In this document: piece by piece, positions 9,701 to 19,641 of the stretch
Position numbering within the stretch: the first letter of the stretch is position 1
Layout: every line of letters begins with the position of its first letter
Notes under the pieces: model-generated
The model's input: only the letters and a program-made list of their open reading frames with translations
Told to the model about the DNA's origin: nothing
The model's database searches: none
NCBI GenBank assembly: GCA_965116885.1
Contig: OZ220741.1
Location: 3,328,001 to 3,392,000 of the forward strand
Reading direction: 5' to 3'
Source of the DNA: Candidatus Latescibacterota bacterium
GTDB taxonomy: Bacteria > Latescibacterota > UBA2968
Length of the DNA: 64,000 bases
Position numbers and translations under genes: made by a program

Positions 9701-9961
9701 ATGCTGGAACGACGGGCTACGGTAAAAAACAAATTGGGCATTCACGCGAGACCCGCGGCGTTGCTGGTACAGGCGGCGGCTAAATTTACTTCTGAAATTA
9801 CACTGGAAAAAGATGGTCTGGCAATCAATGGCAAGAGCATTATGGGTGTGATGATGTTGGCTGCGGAAGTGGGTTCTGTGATCACGGTGCGGGTCGAAGG
9901 TGAAGATTCCTGCATCGCACTGGATCATATCGTCGAAATGATTGAATCAAAATTTGACTGA
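9701..9961 (+). CDS. ptsH: phosphocarrier protein HPr
   Basis: GIHARPA (His15) and NGKSIMGVM (Ser46). Confidence 0.95.
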   Translation: MLERRATVKNKLGIHARPAALLVQAAAKFTSEITLEKDGLAINGKSIMGVMMLAAEVGSVITVRVEGEDSCIALDHIVEMIESKFD

Positions 9962-9964
9962 GCT

Positions 9965-11749
9965 ATGAAATATCTCAAAGGCATACAGGCGTCTCCGGGC
10001 ATTGCGATTGCACCGGTGTATTTGTACGATCCGGAAGAGTTTCCCGTGGATCAACGCCGGATAGATCCCAGCGATATTCCCGTAGAGAAAGCGAGATTGG
10101 AAGAGGCAATCAGAGCTGTGTCTGAGGATTTCGCGGCCACGCGAGCGCATGTCGAGGATATACTGGGCAAAGAGCACGCCCAGATATTCGACGCGCATCT
10201 GCTCATATTGCAAGACCCCATGCTTCTCGAGCTTACATATCCACATATAGAAAAATATAATGCCGAATACGCTTTCTGGACGACTTTCCAGAATTTGCGT
10301 CGTCAATTTGAAGCGTTTCAAGATGATTATTTGAGAGAACGCGGTGCCGATTTATTGGGCATTGCAAAGCGGGTATTGGCCAAATTGGGGAATTGGGAAA
10401 AGGTGGGGTTAGACCGATTGCCCGACAAAGCGATTGTCGTTGCACGCGATTTGATGCCCGACGATATGGCGCATTTGCAACCCGATCGGGTTTTGGGGCT
10501 TGTGACAGAGGTTGGTGGTCCCACTTCCCACGCGATTATTCTGGCGCGCGGGTTAGAGATTCCCGCTGTTGTCAGCGTTGCCAATGCGCTATCTGATGCG
10601 CGTACAGGCGATATCGCGATAGTAGATGGTCGGCGCGGAGATTTTATTCTAAACCCGGATGATAAAACACTCGCACAGTATCGAGGCCTGGCCGAAAGAT
10701 TGAGAAAGCGAAAGGCCGGGTTGGTCGATTCCCGAGATTTGCCCGCTCAGACTGAGGACGGTGTTCAGGTCGCGTTGCAGGCCAATGTGGAATTGCCCAG
10801 CGAGGTGCATTCTGCGATGGATTACGGTGCTGAAGGCGTCGGGTTGTACCGCACGGAATATCTCTATCTCGCCAGCGATATTTTGCCCGATGAGGCCTCA
10901 CAGGTTACCGCTTATTCGCAAATGGCCAGGCGCATTGCGCCGCGTCCCCTCGTGATTCGCACCCTGGATCTGGGGGGCGATAAAATGTCGCATGTGCTCA
11001 ATACACAGACAGAAATGAATCCCTTTTTGGGACTGCGTTCCATCCGGCTGACGCTGAGGCACCGCGATCTTTTTAAAGTACAGCTTCGGGCGATCTTAAA
11101 AGCGAGTGCTGTTGGCAATGTGAAGTTGATGTTGCCCCTGATTTCGGGGATTGACGAATTGCGTGAGGCCCTTGCCGTGCTCGATGATGTGCGCGAAGAA
11201 TTGACACGAGAAGGTGTGCCTTTTGACCCTCAGTGTCCCGTTGGGGTCATGATCGAAGTCCCTTCTGCTGCGCTGATAGCCGATCAATTGGCACAGGAAG
11301 TCGATTTTTTTAGTATTGGCACCAATGATCTGATCCAATACACGCTTGCAGTTGATCGCGGCAATGATCTCGTCTCGTATTTATTCGAGCCGTTTCACCC
11401 CGCGGTCTTGCGATTGATCAAGTGTGTGGTCGATGCAGCGCATGCGGAAAATATACCGGTGACTGTTTGCGGTGAGATTGCGGGAGATCCGCATTCTGGA
11501 TTGTTGCTGGTGGGCATGGGGGTTGATAAGCTGTCGATGACGCCTTCGGCCTTGCCCGAGGTCAAACGCGCAATTCGCAATACATCCTTTAAGCAGCTTC
11601 AGGCACTTGGCGAAGATGTGCTCAATATGCAGGAGATCGCAGATATTCGGGTGCGCGTAAATGCCACTTTATCCGATGAGGATGACGAGATGTTCATTGG
11701 CGGGGAGAGTGGTGAGACGACACTACAAATGAGATTGTCATTGTTCTGA
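9965..11749 (+). CDS. ptsI: PEP-protein phosphotransferase (PTS enzyme I)
   Basis: GGPTSHAII, GLYRTE, RTLDLGGDK, NPFLGLR, SIGTNDLIQY, VCGE. Confidence 0.97.
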   Translation: MKYLKGIQASPGIAIAPVYLYDPEEFPVDQRRIDPSDIPVEKARLEEAIRAVSEDFAATRAHVEDILGKEHAQIFDAHLLILQDPMLLELTYPHIEKYNAEYAFWTTFQNLRRQFEAFQDDYLRERGADLLGIAKRVLAKLGNWEKVGLDRLPDKAIVVARDLMPDDMAHLQPDRVLGLVTEVGGPTSHAIILARGLEIPAVVSVANALSDARTGDIAIVDGRRGDFILNPDDKTLAQYRGLAERLRKRKAGLVDSRDLPAQTEDGVQVALQANVELPSEVHSAMDYGAEGVGLYRTEYLYLASDILPDEASQVTAYSQMARRIAPRPLVIRTLDLGGDKMSHVLNTQTEMNPFLGLRSIRLTLRHRDLFKVQLRAILKASAVGNVKLMLPLISGIDELREALAVLDDVREELTREGVPFDPQCPVGVMIEVPSAALIADQLAQEVDFFSIGTNDLIQYTLAVDRGNDLVSYLFEPFHPAVLRLIKCVVDAAHAENIPVTVCGEIAGDPHSGLLLVGMGVDKLSMTPSALPEVKRAIRNTSFKQLQALGEDVLNMQEIADIRVRVNATLSDEDDEMFIGGESGETTLQMRLSLF

Positions 11750-11770
11750 TTTTTTTTAGGAGTGGACTTT

Positions 11771-12925
11771 ATGGGGCGTTTGTTTACGTCGGAATCGGTT
11801 TCTGAAGGGCATCCAGATAAGGTGGCGGATCAAATTTCGGATGCCGTGCTGGATGCTATGTTGGAGCGAGATCCCAAATCGAGGGTGGCTTGCGAAACGC
11901 TGGTGACAACCGGACTTGTGGTGGTCGCGGGAGAAGTGACCAGTAAGGCTACCGTGGATCTTCAGTCGCTGGTGCGCGGCGTGATTAAAGAGATTGGCTA
12001 TACGGATTCGAGCTACGGATTTGATTACAAAAGTTGTGCTGTGTTAGTGGCTTTAGACCAGCAATCGCCCGATATTTCGCAGGGGGTAACATCAGGGGAG
12101 GGATTGCACACGGAACAGGGGGCGGGGGATCAGGGGATGATGTTTGGATATGCGTGTCGAGAAACACCGGAATTGATGCCGTTGCCCGTTATCCTGTCTC
12201 ACAAATTGGTTGCAGAACTCGCGCAAATCCGAAAAGATAAAGGGCTTTCGTATTTGCGTCCCGATAGCAAAGCACAGGTGACGGTGGAATACGACGGGGA
12301 CGAACCGGCTCGCGCGCACACGGTGGTGGTTTCGACTCAGCACGATGAGGATGTATCGCACGAGCAGATTGTGCGGGATGTAAAGGAGAAAGTGATCCGC
12401 GAGGTGGTGCCCACGCATCTATTGGATGGAGATACGATTTATCACGTCAACCCAACTGGCAAATTTGTGGTGGGTGGTCCACACGGCGATTGCGGATTGA
12501 CCGGGCGAAAAATTATTGTGGATACGTACGGCGGGATGGGGCGTCACGGCGGTGGGGCGTTTTCCGGCAAAGATCCGAGCAAGGTGGATCGCAGCGGGCA
12601 TTATGCGGCGCGCTGGGTCGCCAAAAATGTCGTTGCTGCGGGCCTCGCATCTCGATGCGAAGTGCAACTGGCTTACGCTATTGGGGTGGCAAAACCCGTT
12701 TCGGTCGCCGTAGATACGTTTGGCACGGGCAAGATTGAGGAATCCAAGATCGTCGCTTTGATTGAAGATCACTTTGATCTGACGCCGTCTGGTATTATTT
12801 CGGCGCTGAAGTTGACCAGGCCCATTTACCGCTGCACGGCTGCTTATGGTCATTTTGGGCGCGGAGAATTTACGTGGGAACAGACGAGTAAAGCCGGTGC
12901 CTTAAAAAAAGCCGCTGGGCTGTAA
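11771..12925 (+). CDS. metK: S-adenosylmethionine synthetase
   Basis: [35 protein letters not shown]; alternative GTG start at 11762. Confidence 0.99.
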   Translation: MGRLFTSESVSEGHPDKVADQISDAVLDAMLERDPKSRVACETLVTTGLVVVAGEVTSKATVDLQSLVRGVIKEIGYTDSSYGFDYKSCAVLVALDQQSPDISQGVTSGEGLHTEQGAGDQGMMFGYACRETPELMPLPVILSHKLVAELAQIRKDKGLSYLRPDSKAQVTVEYDGDEPARAHTVVVSTQHDEDVSHEQIVRDVKEKVIREVVPTHLLDGDTIYHVNPTGKFVVGGPHGDCGLTGRKIIVDTYGGMGRHGGGAFSGKDPSKVDRSGHYAARWVAKNVVAAGLASRCEVQLAYAIGVAKPVSVAVDTFGTGKIEESKIVALIEDHFDLTPSGIISALKLTRPIYRCTAAYGHFGRGEFTWEQTSKAGALKKAAGL

Positions 12926-12954
12926 TATTTTCAATATCATTTTGCCTATTTTTT

Positions 12955-12982
12955 AGCGCGGAATTCATTTCCGCGCTTTTTT
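12955..12982 (+). terminator. intrinsic terminator after metK
   Basis: agcgcggaa-ttcat-ttccgcgct followed by a T run, between convergent genes. Confidence 0.75.
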
Positions 12983-13002
12983 AGTTCGCGTAAATAGCTT
13001 TC

Positions 13003-14364
13003 TCATCTTTCGAGATCGTATTGTTTTATTTTTTTGTGCAAGTTGGTGCGTTCGATGCCCAGGGCATTGGATGCGCGTGTGACATTGCCTTTGTGTCGCT
13101 CCAGTGCTTCGGCAATGTAGTGTCGCTCAACGGCCTCGCGCACCTGACGAAGTGTTTTTCCCGCGCCGAGATCCGGGAAAGAGTCGGGTTGTCTTGGAAT
13201 GGACATACCATCTAAAGTGGGTAAATCTTCGGGGTAGATGGTGTCTCCTGAAACCATAATTGAGAGGCGTTCAACCAGATTTTTCAGTTCGCGGATGTTG
13301 CCGGGCCAGTCGTATTGCAAGAGCAGGTCTCGCGCTTCTGCCGATAGTGCTTTGGGTAAAAATCCATTTTCTTCGGCATAGGCGTTGAGGAAGTGTTCGG
13401 CCAATTCGGGGATGTCTTCGCGGCGTTCCCGCAAGGGCGGCGCTGTCAATGGCACCACATTCAGGCGAAAGTAGAGGTCTTCTCGAAATTTGCCCTGCTC
13501 GACTTCGGCATGCAAGTTTTTGTTTGTGGCCGCGATGACGCGCACATCTACGCGAAAGGTTTTTGCACCGCCTACCCGTTCAAATTCTCCCTGCTCCAGC
13601 GCGCGCAAAACCTTGGCCTGTACCGATAGGCTCATGTCGCCAATTTCATCGAGAAATAATGTCCCTCCATCGGCTTGAAGGAATTTGCCGTCGCGCGTTT
13701 TGACCGCGCCGGTAAATGCGCCTCGATCACTCCCAAACAGTTCGCTTTCAATGAGTTCTTCGGGAATGGCAGCACAGTTTACTTTAACAAAGGAATTTTT
13801 CGCTCTGTGACTCATTTTGTGAACAGCACGGGCAACGAGTTCTTTACCTGTGCCGCTTTCTCCAAGGATGAGGACACGCCCATTGGTGGGGGCAACGCGT
13901 GCGATCTGGTTGCGAATTTCTGATAGGGCAGGACTTTGCCCCACCATTTCATAGCGTCCCTCTATTTGTTGCTTGAGGTGGCGGTTTTCTGCGGCGAGTT
14001 TTCGCGTTTGAAGGGCACGAGAAATCGCCAGTAGAACTTTGTCGCGATCGAGGGGTTTTTCCAGGAAATCATAAGCTCCTCGTTTGATGGCGAGAACGGC
14101 GTTTTGCACATTGCCGTGTCCCGAAATCATAATGACTGCCAGATCAGAACGCACTTTGAGGAGTTCGGGCAATACGTCGAGGCCGTTGACTTCTGGCATA
14201 ACAATATCGAGCAGGACCAGGTGAATGCGTTCTTTTTGCAATACGCCAAGACCCGCTTGTGCCGAGGCACAGGTGAAGACCTGATAGCCTTCGCCTGATA
14301 AGATCATGTCTAAGGTTCGGCGGATATTTCTTTCGTCGTCAATAATGAGAATGTTTTGGCTCAT
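13003..14364 (-). CDS. sigma54-dependent response regulator (NtrC/NtrX-like bEBP)
   Basis: REC domain (IIDDE, LLDIVMP), GESGTGKE, intact [20 protein letters not shown], Fis-type HTH. Confidence 0.95.
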   Translation of the reverse strand: MSQNILIIDDERNIRRTLDMILSGEGYQVFTCASAQAGLGVLQKERIHLVLLDIVMPEVNGLDVLPELLKVRSDLAVIMISGHGNVQNAVLAIKRGAYDFLEKPLDRDKVLLAISRALQTRKLAAENRHLKQQIEGRYEMVGQSPALSEIRNQIARVAPTNGRVLILGESGTGKELVARAVHKMSHRAKNSFVKVNCAAIPEELIESELFGSDRGAFTGAVKTRDGKFLQADGGTLFLDEIGDMSLSVQAKVLRALEQGEFERVGGAKTFRVDVRVIAATNKNLHAEVEQGKFREDLYFRLNVVPLTAPPLRERREDIPELAEHFLNAYAEENGFLPKALSAEARDLLLQYDWPGNIRELKNLVERLSIMVSGDTIYPEDLPTLDGMSIPRQPDSFPDLGAGKTLRQVREAVERHYIAEALERHKGNVTRASNALGIERTNLHKKIKQYDLER

Positions 14365-15809
14365 CGCTGTTCCTCCGGTTGCGCTTTCGCTCGGTTGGGT
14401 ATGGGAAGTTGAAGGTCGAATTGCGCGCCTCCTGCAGGAGCATCTGTGACCGAGATGTGCCCCCCGTGATCTTCAATGATGTTATGCACCACGGCAAGGC
14501 CCAGGCCCATACCGCTTTCTTTTGTCGAAACATAAGGTTGGAAGATACGCACGCGATCTTTCAGGGGTACGCCCGGTCCGCTGTCAATTACGGAAATTAT
14601 AGCCGTGTCATCAGAAGTACACGTGCGTATCTCGATCTCGCCGTTTTTGCCAGAGGCGTCAAGACTGTTTTCTATCAGATTAATTAGCACCCGACGCATC
14701 TGCTCGACATCGAGTTCGAGCGCGGGCTGATTTTTCTCCAGGTTGAGGTGAATGCGAGCATCCGGGTAAAGGCGAACGACATTTTGTACACACTCATTGA
14801 GGTCGCTGAGAGATAGTGAGAGAGAGGGCATGCGAGCAAAGTTGGCAAATTCTTGAACCAGAGATCTGAGATTTTCGACTTCTTCGGTGACGATTTCCGT
14901 GCAGTTGGTTACAAATTTTTGATATGTGGGATCATTTCCAGGGTATTTGTCGCGCATTTGCTGTACGGCAAGTTGAATGGGCGTCAACGGATTTTTTATT
15001 TCGTGAGCCAGGCGCCGCGCTATTTCTCGCCAGGCTGCAATTTGCTCAGCTTCGAGTCTTTTGCGTCTGTTTTCTACAAGGTCTTGCGCCATTTGGTTAA
15101 AGGATTCGATAAGTAGGCCAATCTCGTCATCTCTGCCTTTGGGAATGCGGTATTGCAGGTTATCGCGTGCCATTTCTCGCGTGCCTTTAAGCAGTGCGTG
15201 AAGCGGGCGCGTGATCCCAAAGCCGATGCGAATACCAGTTACAGATGCCAGAAGGACAACGCCTGCTGCTGCGACGAGAAATGCGAGCAGAAATGCCGTG
15301 TGCAGATCGTCTTCTGCCATTTCAATATGTTTGTACGTATGTACGGCATTTTCAACATCGATGAGTGCCTCGAGTGAAAGCAGGGCAGTTAGTGCGCGTT
15401 GCGAATCGGGAAGTGCGATTACCAGTTGAAGCTGATCGTTTTCTACTTTGGAGACCGCGGGACCTTGCGAAAGATCTGTGTCGATCTGTTCGAGAGGTGA
15501 AATACGCAGGGTCATGTCGCCGAGCCCAGCATTTGCAAACGCGGCGTGTAAGGCATTGAGGTCGCGGCGAGGCGGTGCAGACAACATATGTCCAATATCC
15601 TGAAGCTGCCGTTTTTTGGCGTCGTAGTTCTCTTTTGCCAGAGAAAGCGCACTGGTCAGCGCACTACCCACCTCGACATTGACATTGGTCTGAGTCTGAA
15701 GGCTCAGAGCCAAAAAGTGCCGTGCGAGCAGCGCGAGTATAAGTGTTGCGCCCAATGCCAGACCAATCAGGGCGGCGATGATGCGCCAGCGCAGGGGGAT
15801 AGCTCTCAT
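14361..15809 (-). CDS. NtrY-like membrane sensor histidine kinase
   Basis: Two TM segments, HAMP, AWREIARRLAHEIKNPLTPIQL H-box, NLIEN, DSGPG, GMGLGL; 4-bp overlap with the regulator. Confidence 0.93.
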   Translation of the reverse strand: MRAIPLRWRIIAALIGLALGATLILALLARHFLALSLQTQTNVNVEVGSALTSALSLAKENYDAKKRQLQDIGHMLSAPPRRDLNALHAAFANAGLGDMTLRISPLEQIDTDLSQGPAVSKVENDQLQLVIALPDSQRALTALLSLEALIDVENAVHTYKHIEMAEDDLHTAFLLAFLVAAAGVVLLASVTGIRIGFGITRPLHALLKGTREMARDNLQYRIPKGRDDEIGLLIESFNQMAQDLVENRRKRLEAEQIAAWREIARRLAHEIKNPLTPIQLAVQQMRDKYPGNDPTYQKFVTNCTEIVTEEVENLRSLVQEFANFARMPSLSLSLSDLNECVQNVVRLYPDARIHLNLEKNQPALELDVEQMRRVLINLIENSLDASGKNGEIEIRTCTSDDTAIISVIDSGPGVPLKDRVRIFQPYVSTKESGMGLGLAVVHNIIEDHGGHISVTDAPAGGAQFDLQLPIPNRAKAQPEEQR

Positions 15810-15830
15810 AGTTGTGTCTCCATGCAGTGT

Positions 15831-16442
15831 TTATTCTTCGAGAAGGTGTGGGAGTGCGCTGGGGCGAAATCTGAACAGGTCAATCCATTCGGGAGATGTA
15901 GATCTGTCCAGCGAAAAGAAAAATTCGAGAAAGCTGCCTTTTTCAATTATCTTGAGCCATTGTCGCGTGCGTTCTCGTTGCTCGGGTGATATCGGGTTTA
16001 CATCTATCCTCACTTGCAAGGTGATAGGCTCATCGGGCAGGGGAAGCTGAGCCAGTGTGACTCCCTGAAGTTCAGAACACGCGTGTCGAATATCTTCAAA
16101 ATGAGACGTGATCTGTGTGTCTGGTCGTGCGGATTGTCGGATGAGGCGATATTGCCCTTCCCAGATGTCGTGTTCCAAACGTCTGAGCAGGCCGCGCAGT
16201 CCCAGATTATCTCCACGACCTGTCCTCAGGCGAAATTGCACGGCGATAGATGTCGTCATACCTGTTTCAATGGCATCAATAGCCCGTTTGGAAAAGAGAG
16301 AATCGATGGTTGCATCGAGGCGCAGGGTATCGGATTGTACATAAATATAAAGACTGTCTTGCGGTATGTGCTGTGCAAGTAAGGGTTGCACGCTGACAAG
16401 CAAGCAAACTGTGAGCGTCTGGATGTTGAAGAATCGAGCCAT
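15831..16442 (-). CDS. exported DUF4390-like protein
   Basis: Signal peptide; DAIETG...LEHDIWEGQY pattern; position directly upstream of an NtrY-like kinase. Confidence 0.6.
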   Translation of the reverse strand: MARFFNIQTLTVCLLVSVQPLLAQHIPQDSLYIYVQSDTLRLDATIDSLFSKRAIDAIETGMTTSIAVQFRLRTGRGDNLGLRGLLRRLEHDIWEGQYRLIRQSARPDTQITSHFEDIRHACSELQGVTLAQLPLPDEPITLQVRIDVNPISPEQRERTRQWLKIIEKGSFLEFFFSLDRSTSPEWIDLFRFRPSALPHLLEE

Positions 16443-16449
16443 CTATTCC

Positions 16450-17718
16450 TCACAGACCAATCTTGACGCCGGCAAAACGATGTGATTTTACGATGAGTGT
16501 TCCCGTGCTGATTCCAAAGCTGATATCTACGCGGTTAAAGAGCAGCATGCCCACGCCAAAGGCAAAGTCGGCATCTCGCCGATCTTTGTCGTTTACAGAG
16601 CGATATACACCGCCACTTTCGGCAAAGGCATATACTCGCCCCAGGGTTTTGAGATCGATGGCATATAGGGCTTCAGCCGCAAAAAATAGGGTGCCACCTT
16701 CTGGCCCTATAACGCGGCGTTCTATGCCTCTGAGTTGATTGTTCCCATCGAGGTAAAAGCGTTCGTAAAAGGGTGAATTTCCCCAGACACCCCCTGTTTT
16801 GAAGCCGAGCGAGAGGATGTGTCCAGAGATAACTTGCTGGTGCCGATAGAGTTCCGTGCGAAGTTTGATGTAATTTGATACCGATCCCAGAAGTTTGGAT
16901 GACAGTATGAGTCGGGCGTTAAAATCCGTACCTTGCCCCCAGATCGCGCTCACGGGTTGTTTGAATAAGTTAAAAGAAAGTGTGGATAGATTTTCCCGCC
17001 CTACGGCAGCTTTAATTTCATTGGCGAAGACGCCACCGCCCGTGGGGATGGTGGGGTGTTGAAAATCGCCGATTTGTATGGCTTCAAAAGCGTATTTTAA
17101 GACGAAATGGTAGGCGCGCAAAGGAGAGGGCTGACCAATACCCATAGCAAATCCGATGCGTTCGAGATCGTAGCGTCCCCTGATATCGGGGTTTCGATCG
17201 CGAAAGATGTCGCGGTCTGCCGAAGATCCCGTTACCTGAATGTGAAATGCCTGATTGGTTTTGAGAAAAAGCGGATCGCTGTAGTGAAAGCCCCAATATT
17301 TGAAGCGTTCTCCCAAGCCGTATTCTACGCCGACTAATTTTCCCTCGCCACGCAGATTGGCATAATGGGCATTTGTGGACGCGCCAAAGCCATCGAGTTC
17401 GGAATATTCAAAACTCAAACCCAGGTCGCCAAAGCGTTTTTCTTTTACATAGACTACGAGAATGGCTTTGCCTTTTTCTGCACCGGGTTTAACATTGACA
17501 AATGCAGTTCGGAAAAGCAGCAGACGCTCGAGGACCACGCGGCAGCGGTCGATATCCCCTTCGCGCAGGTTATCCCCTACTTTTACGGGCAAGACCTGGC
17601 GAATGATTTCAGCACGGGTTTTTTCATTCCCGCGCACTTCAATATTTTCTATTTTATGCCCAATTTGCCCCAGGGCAGGGGTGGCAAACAGGCAGAGCAA
17701 GATGAGGTATTTGTACAT
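16450..17718 (-). CDS. Omp85 (BamA/TamA) family outer-membrane protein with a single POTRA domain
   Basis: Signal peptide; IEVRGNEKTR...VYVKEK POTRA; NLRGEG; ERFYLDG..LRG loop-6 motif. Confidence 0.85.
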   Translation of the reverse strand: MYKYLILLCLFATPALGQIGHKIENIEVRGNEKTRAEIIRQVLPVKVGDNLREGDIDRCRVVLERLLLFRTAFVNVKPGAEKGKAILVVYVKEKRFGDLGLSFEYSELDGFGASTNAHYANLRGEGKLVGVEYGLGERFKYWGFHYSDPLFLKTNQAFHIQVTGSSADRDIFRDRNPDIRGRYDLERIGFAMGIGQPSPLRAYHFVLKYAFEAIQIGDFQHPTIPTGGGVFANEIKAAVGRENLSTLSFNLFKQPVSAIWGQGTDFNARLILSSKLLGSVSNYIKLRTELYRHQQVISGHILSLGFKTGGVWGNSPFYERFYLDGNNQLRGIERRVIGPEGGTLFFAAEALYAIDLKTLGRVYAFAESGGVYRSVNDKDRRDADFAFGVGMLLFNRVDISFGISTGTLIVKSHRFAGVKIGL

Positions 17719-17761
17719 GGTGGCAGCACTCTTGTAGTTTTTGAATTTTTAGATACAATTA

Positions 17762-17777
17762 TGCAAAATCCGTGCCC
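17762..17777 (-). promoter_or_regulatory. sigma54 (-24/-12) promoter of the Omp85-DUF4390-HK-RR operon
   Basis: Minus strand GGGCACGGATTTTGCA, GG-N10-GC, one mismatch to TGGCACG-N4-TTGCA. Confidence 0.7.
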
Positions 17778-17864
17778 GTGTCTTGTGGTCTTTTTCAGAT
17801 AAAAATAAAATTTGAAAAAATAAGAAGTTGTGTGTATATCTAATGTCTGAATCCCGGTATGCAT

Positions 17865-17903
17865 TGTGTGAAACAATACGACATGTGTATCTTTTTTGCA
17901 ACA
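17865..17903. promoter_or_regulatory. tandem TGT...ACA sites, candidate upstream activator sequences
   Basis: tgtgtgaaacaatacgaca and tgtgtatcttttttgcaaca, about 115-150 bp upstream of the predicted sigma54 start, separated from it by an AT-rich tract. Confidence 0.45.
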
Positions 17904-17934
17904 GGATTGCAGAATAATATTCTGGAGGGCGTAA

Positions 17935-18783
17935 ATGATGTCGGTTTCTCATATTCTCGAAAAACTCAAACGCGATGGGTTTTACGTGGTTGAAAACGTG
18001 ATTCCCGAAGATGAGGTGGGTGCCGTGCGGCAAGCCATAGTGGCAGCACAGGCGCGAAAACACGCGGAGTCAGAGGCGGCACTGGCCGCAACCCGGGCGA
18101 AGGGACATCGCGTTGGTGCAGAGGGGGTGGCGAGTTTGCGGCAGGTGATTAATGAAACGCAGATTTTTGCACCTTATCTGGCAAGTCGCAAGATGATAGA
18201 TGTGGTGGATGCGCTGTTTGGACCTTATACGCGCATTTCTTGCACCGATTGTGTGATTAATTATCCGGGCAATGAAAGGGGATACTGGCACGCGGATTGG
18301 CCGTATAATGCGACCAATGCGTCACATGTTCCCGCGCCGTATCCCGATGCGTTATTGCATTTGTCGTCAATCTGGATGTTGACAGCGTTTAATGAGAAAA
18401 ATGGCGGGACATTTCTCGTGCCGGGCAGTCATCGATGGCTCGATAACCCGGCCGCAGGTGGGATGGACGATGTGGATCAGGACGCGCCGTATCCCTCCGA
18501 GATGCAGGTGAAGGGCGCAGCGGGCAGTGTGCTGATTTACGACAGTCGATTGTGGCATGCTGTGGCATCAAATCAGAGTGACCAACCGCGCGTGGCTTTG
18601 ATTGTGCGCTATGCCCCGTGGTGGTTGAATTTGAATCCGTCGCATATTGGCAAACCCGAACACGCGATGATGGTGGTGGAGACAGGTGGCAAGAATTACG
18701 AATCTATGCCATTGCAAAAGGAGGTTTATGACGGGTTGCCGGAAGATGTGAAGCCTTTGTACCGCCATTGGGTCGAACAATAG
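17935..18783 (+). CDS. PhyH-family Fe(II)/2-oxoglutarate dioxygenase
   Basis: DGFYVVENV, WHAD (HxD), NGGT.LVPGSH, LWHA, distal Arg. Confidence 0.88.
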   Translation: MMSVSHILEKLKRDGFYVVENVIPEDEVGAVRQAIVAAQARKHAESEAALAATRAKGHRVGAEGVASLRQVINETQIFAPYLASRKMIDVVDALFGPYTRISCTDCVINYPGNERGYWHADWPYNATNASHVPAPYPDALLHLSSIWMLTAFNEKNGGTFLVPGSHRWLDNPAAGGMDDVDQDAPYPSEMQVKGAAGSVLIYDSRLWHAVASNQSDQPRVALIVRYAPWWLNLNPSHIGKPEHAMMVVETGGKNYESMPLQKEVYDGLPEDVKPLYRHWVEQ

Positions 18784-18796
18784 ATGGAGGTGCGAT

Positions 18797-19630
18797 ATGA
18801 CCCCAGAGCAAAAGTATTTCTTCGATTTGACGGGATATTTGCACTTAGAGGGCGTGGTGACAGGAGATGCGTTGGCACAGGCGCAAGCAGCGGCTGATCG
18901 GTATATGCAAGCGTCAGATGAAGATTTGCCGCCGGGTTTTCACGTAGATCGTTTGCGAAATCATTTTATCTGGCACTTTTACGGTTTTGCCTTTGACCGC
19001 GCACTGGAGGCTTTGACGCGACATCCCAAAGTGTGGCCGATTGTGAAGGCGCTGATGAATGATCGCCCGCGTTTGACGAGTGGCAATTTGATGGTGAATA
19101 ATCACACGCACGAATTTCATCCCCTGCATTCGGCGCGGGAGAGTCCCAACAAAGGACCTGAAGCACCGTATTATCTGGCTCGAGACGGAAAATGTCTGTG
19201 CGATCATCTGGTGGTGTTTTTTTATTTGACGGATGTATATGAAGATGATGGTGGTTTGATTATTTTGCCGGGTTCACACAAGAGCGCGTTTGAGCGGCCA
19301 GAGGGGTTCTTTTATCCGGGCAGCCGGACGCCCGAAGGTGGGTATAATCCGGATTATGTTTCCTATGATGTTCCGCCAGGGGTATTAAATGTGATTCCCA
19401 AAGCGGGCGATGTGGTGATGATTTCGGAGATGGTGACGCATGGTGCGCTGAGTTGGAAGCCGAGGGACCGAGACCGAAGATTTTTGACACTGCGATACAT
19501 GCCGCAGTTTGTGATGCCGATAAATGAATTTCCCAATGAAGTTGTCGAGCGGTTGTTGCCCGAGACACAGGAGCTAATTGCAACAGCATCCTATTCGCAG
19601 ATTAAGAAAATCGTACAAACTGAAAATTAA
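18797..19630 (+). CDS. PhyH-family Fe(II)/2OG enzyme with non-canonical H-S-A motif
   Basis: YFFDLTGYL, YLTDV...GGLIILPGSHK, VTHGAL, RDRR; no HxD/E near the proximal His. Confidence 0.82.
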   Translation: MTPEQKYFFDLTGYLHLEGVVTGDALAQAQAAADRYMQASDEDLPPGFHVDRLRNHFIWHFYGFAFDRALEALTRHPKVWPIVKALMNDRPRLTSGNLMVNNHTHEFHPLHSARESPNKGPEAPYYLARDGKCLCDHLVVFFYLTDVYEDDGGLIILPGSHKSAFERPEGFFYPGSRTPEGGYNPDYVSYDVPPGVLNVIPKAGDVVMISEMVTHGALSWKPRDRDRRFLTLRYMPQFVMPINEFPNEVVERLLPETQELIATASYSQIKKIVQTEN

Positions 19631-19641
19631 AGGAGCAAATC

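Noticed and set aside
11749..11771. SAM riboswitch before metK
   Set aside because: The intergenic space is only about 20 nt
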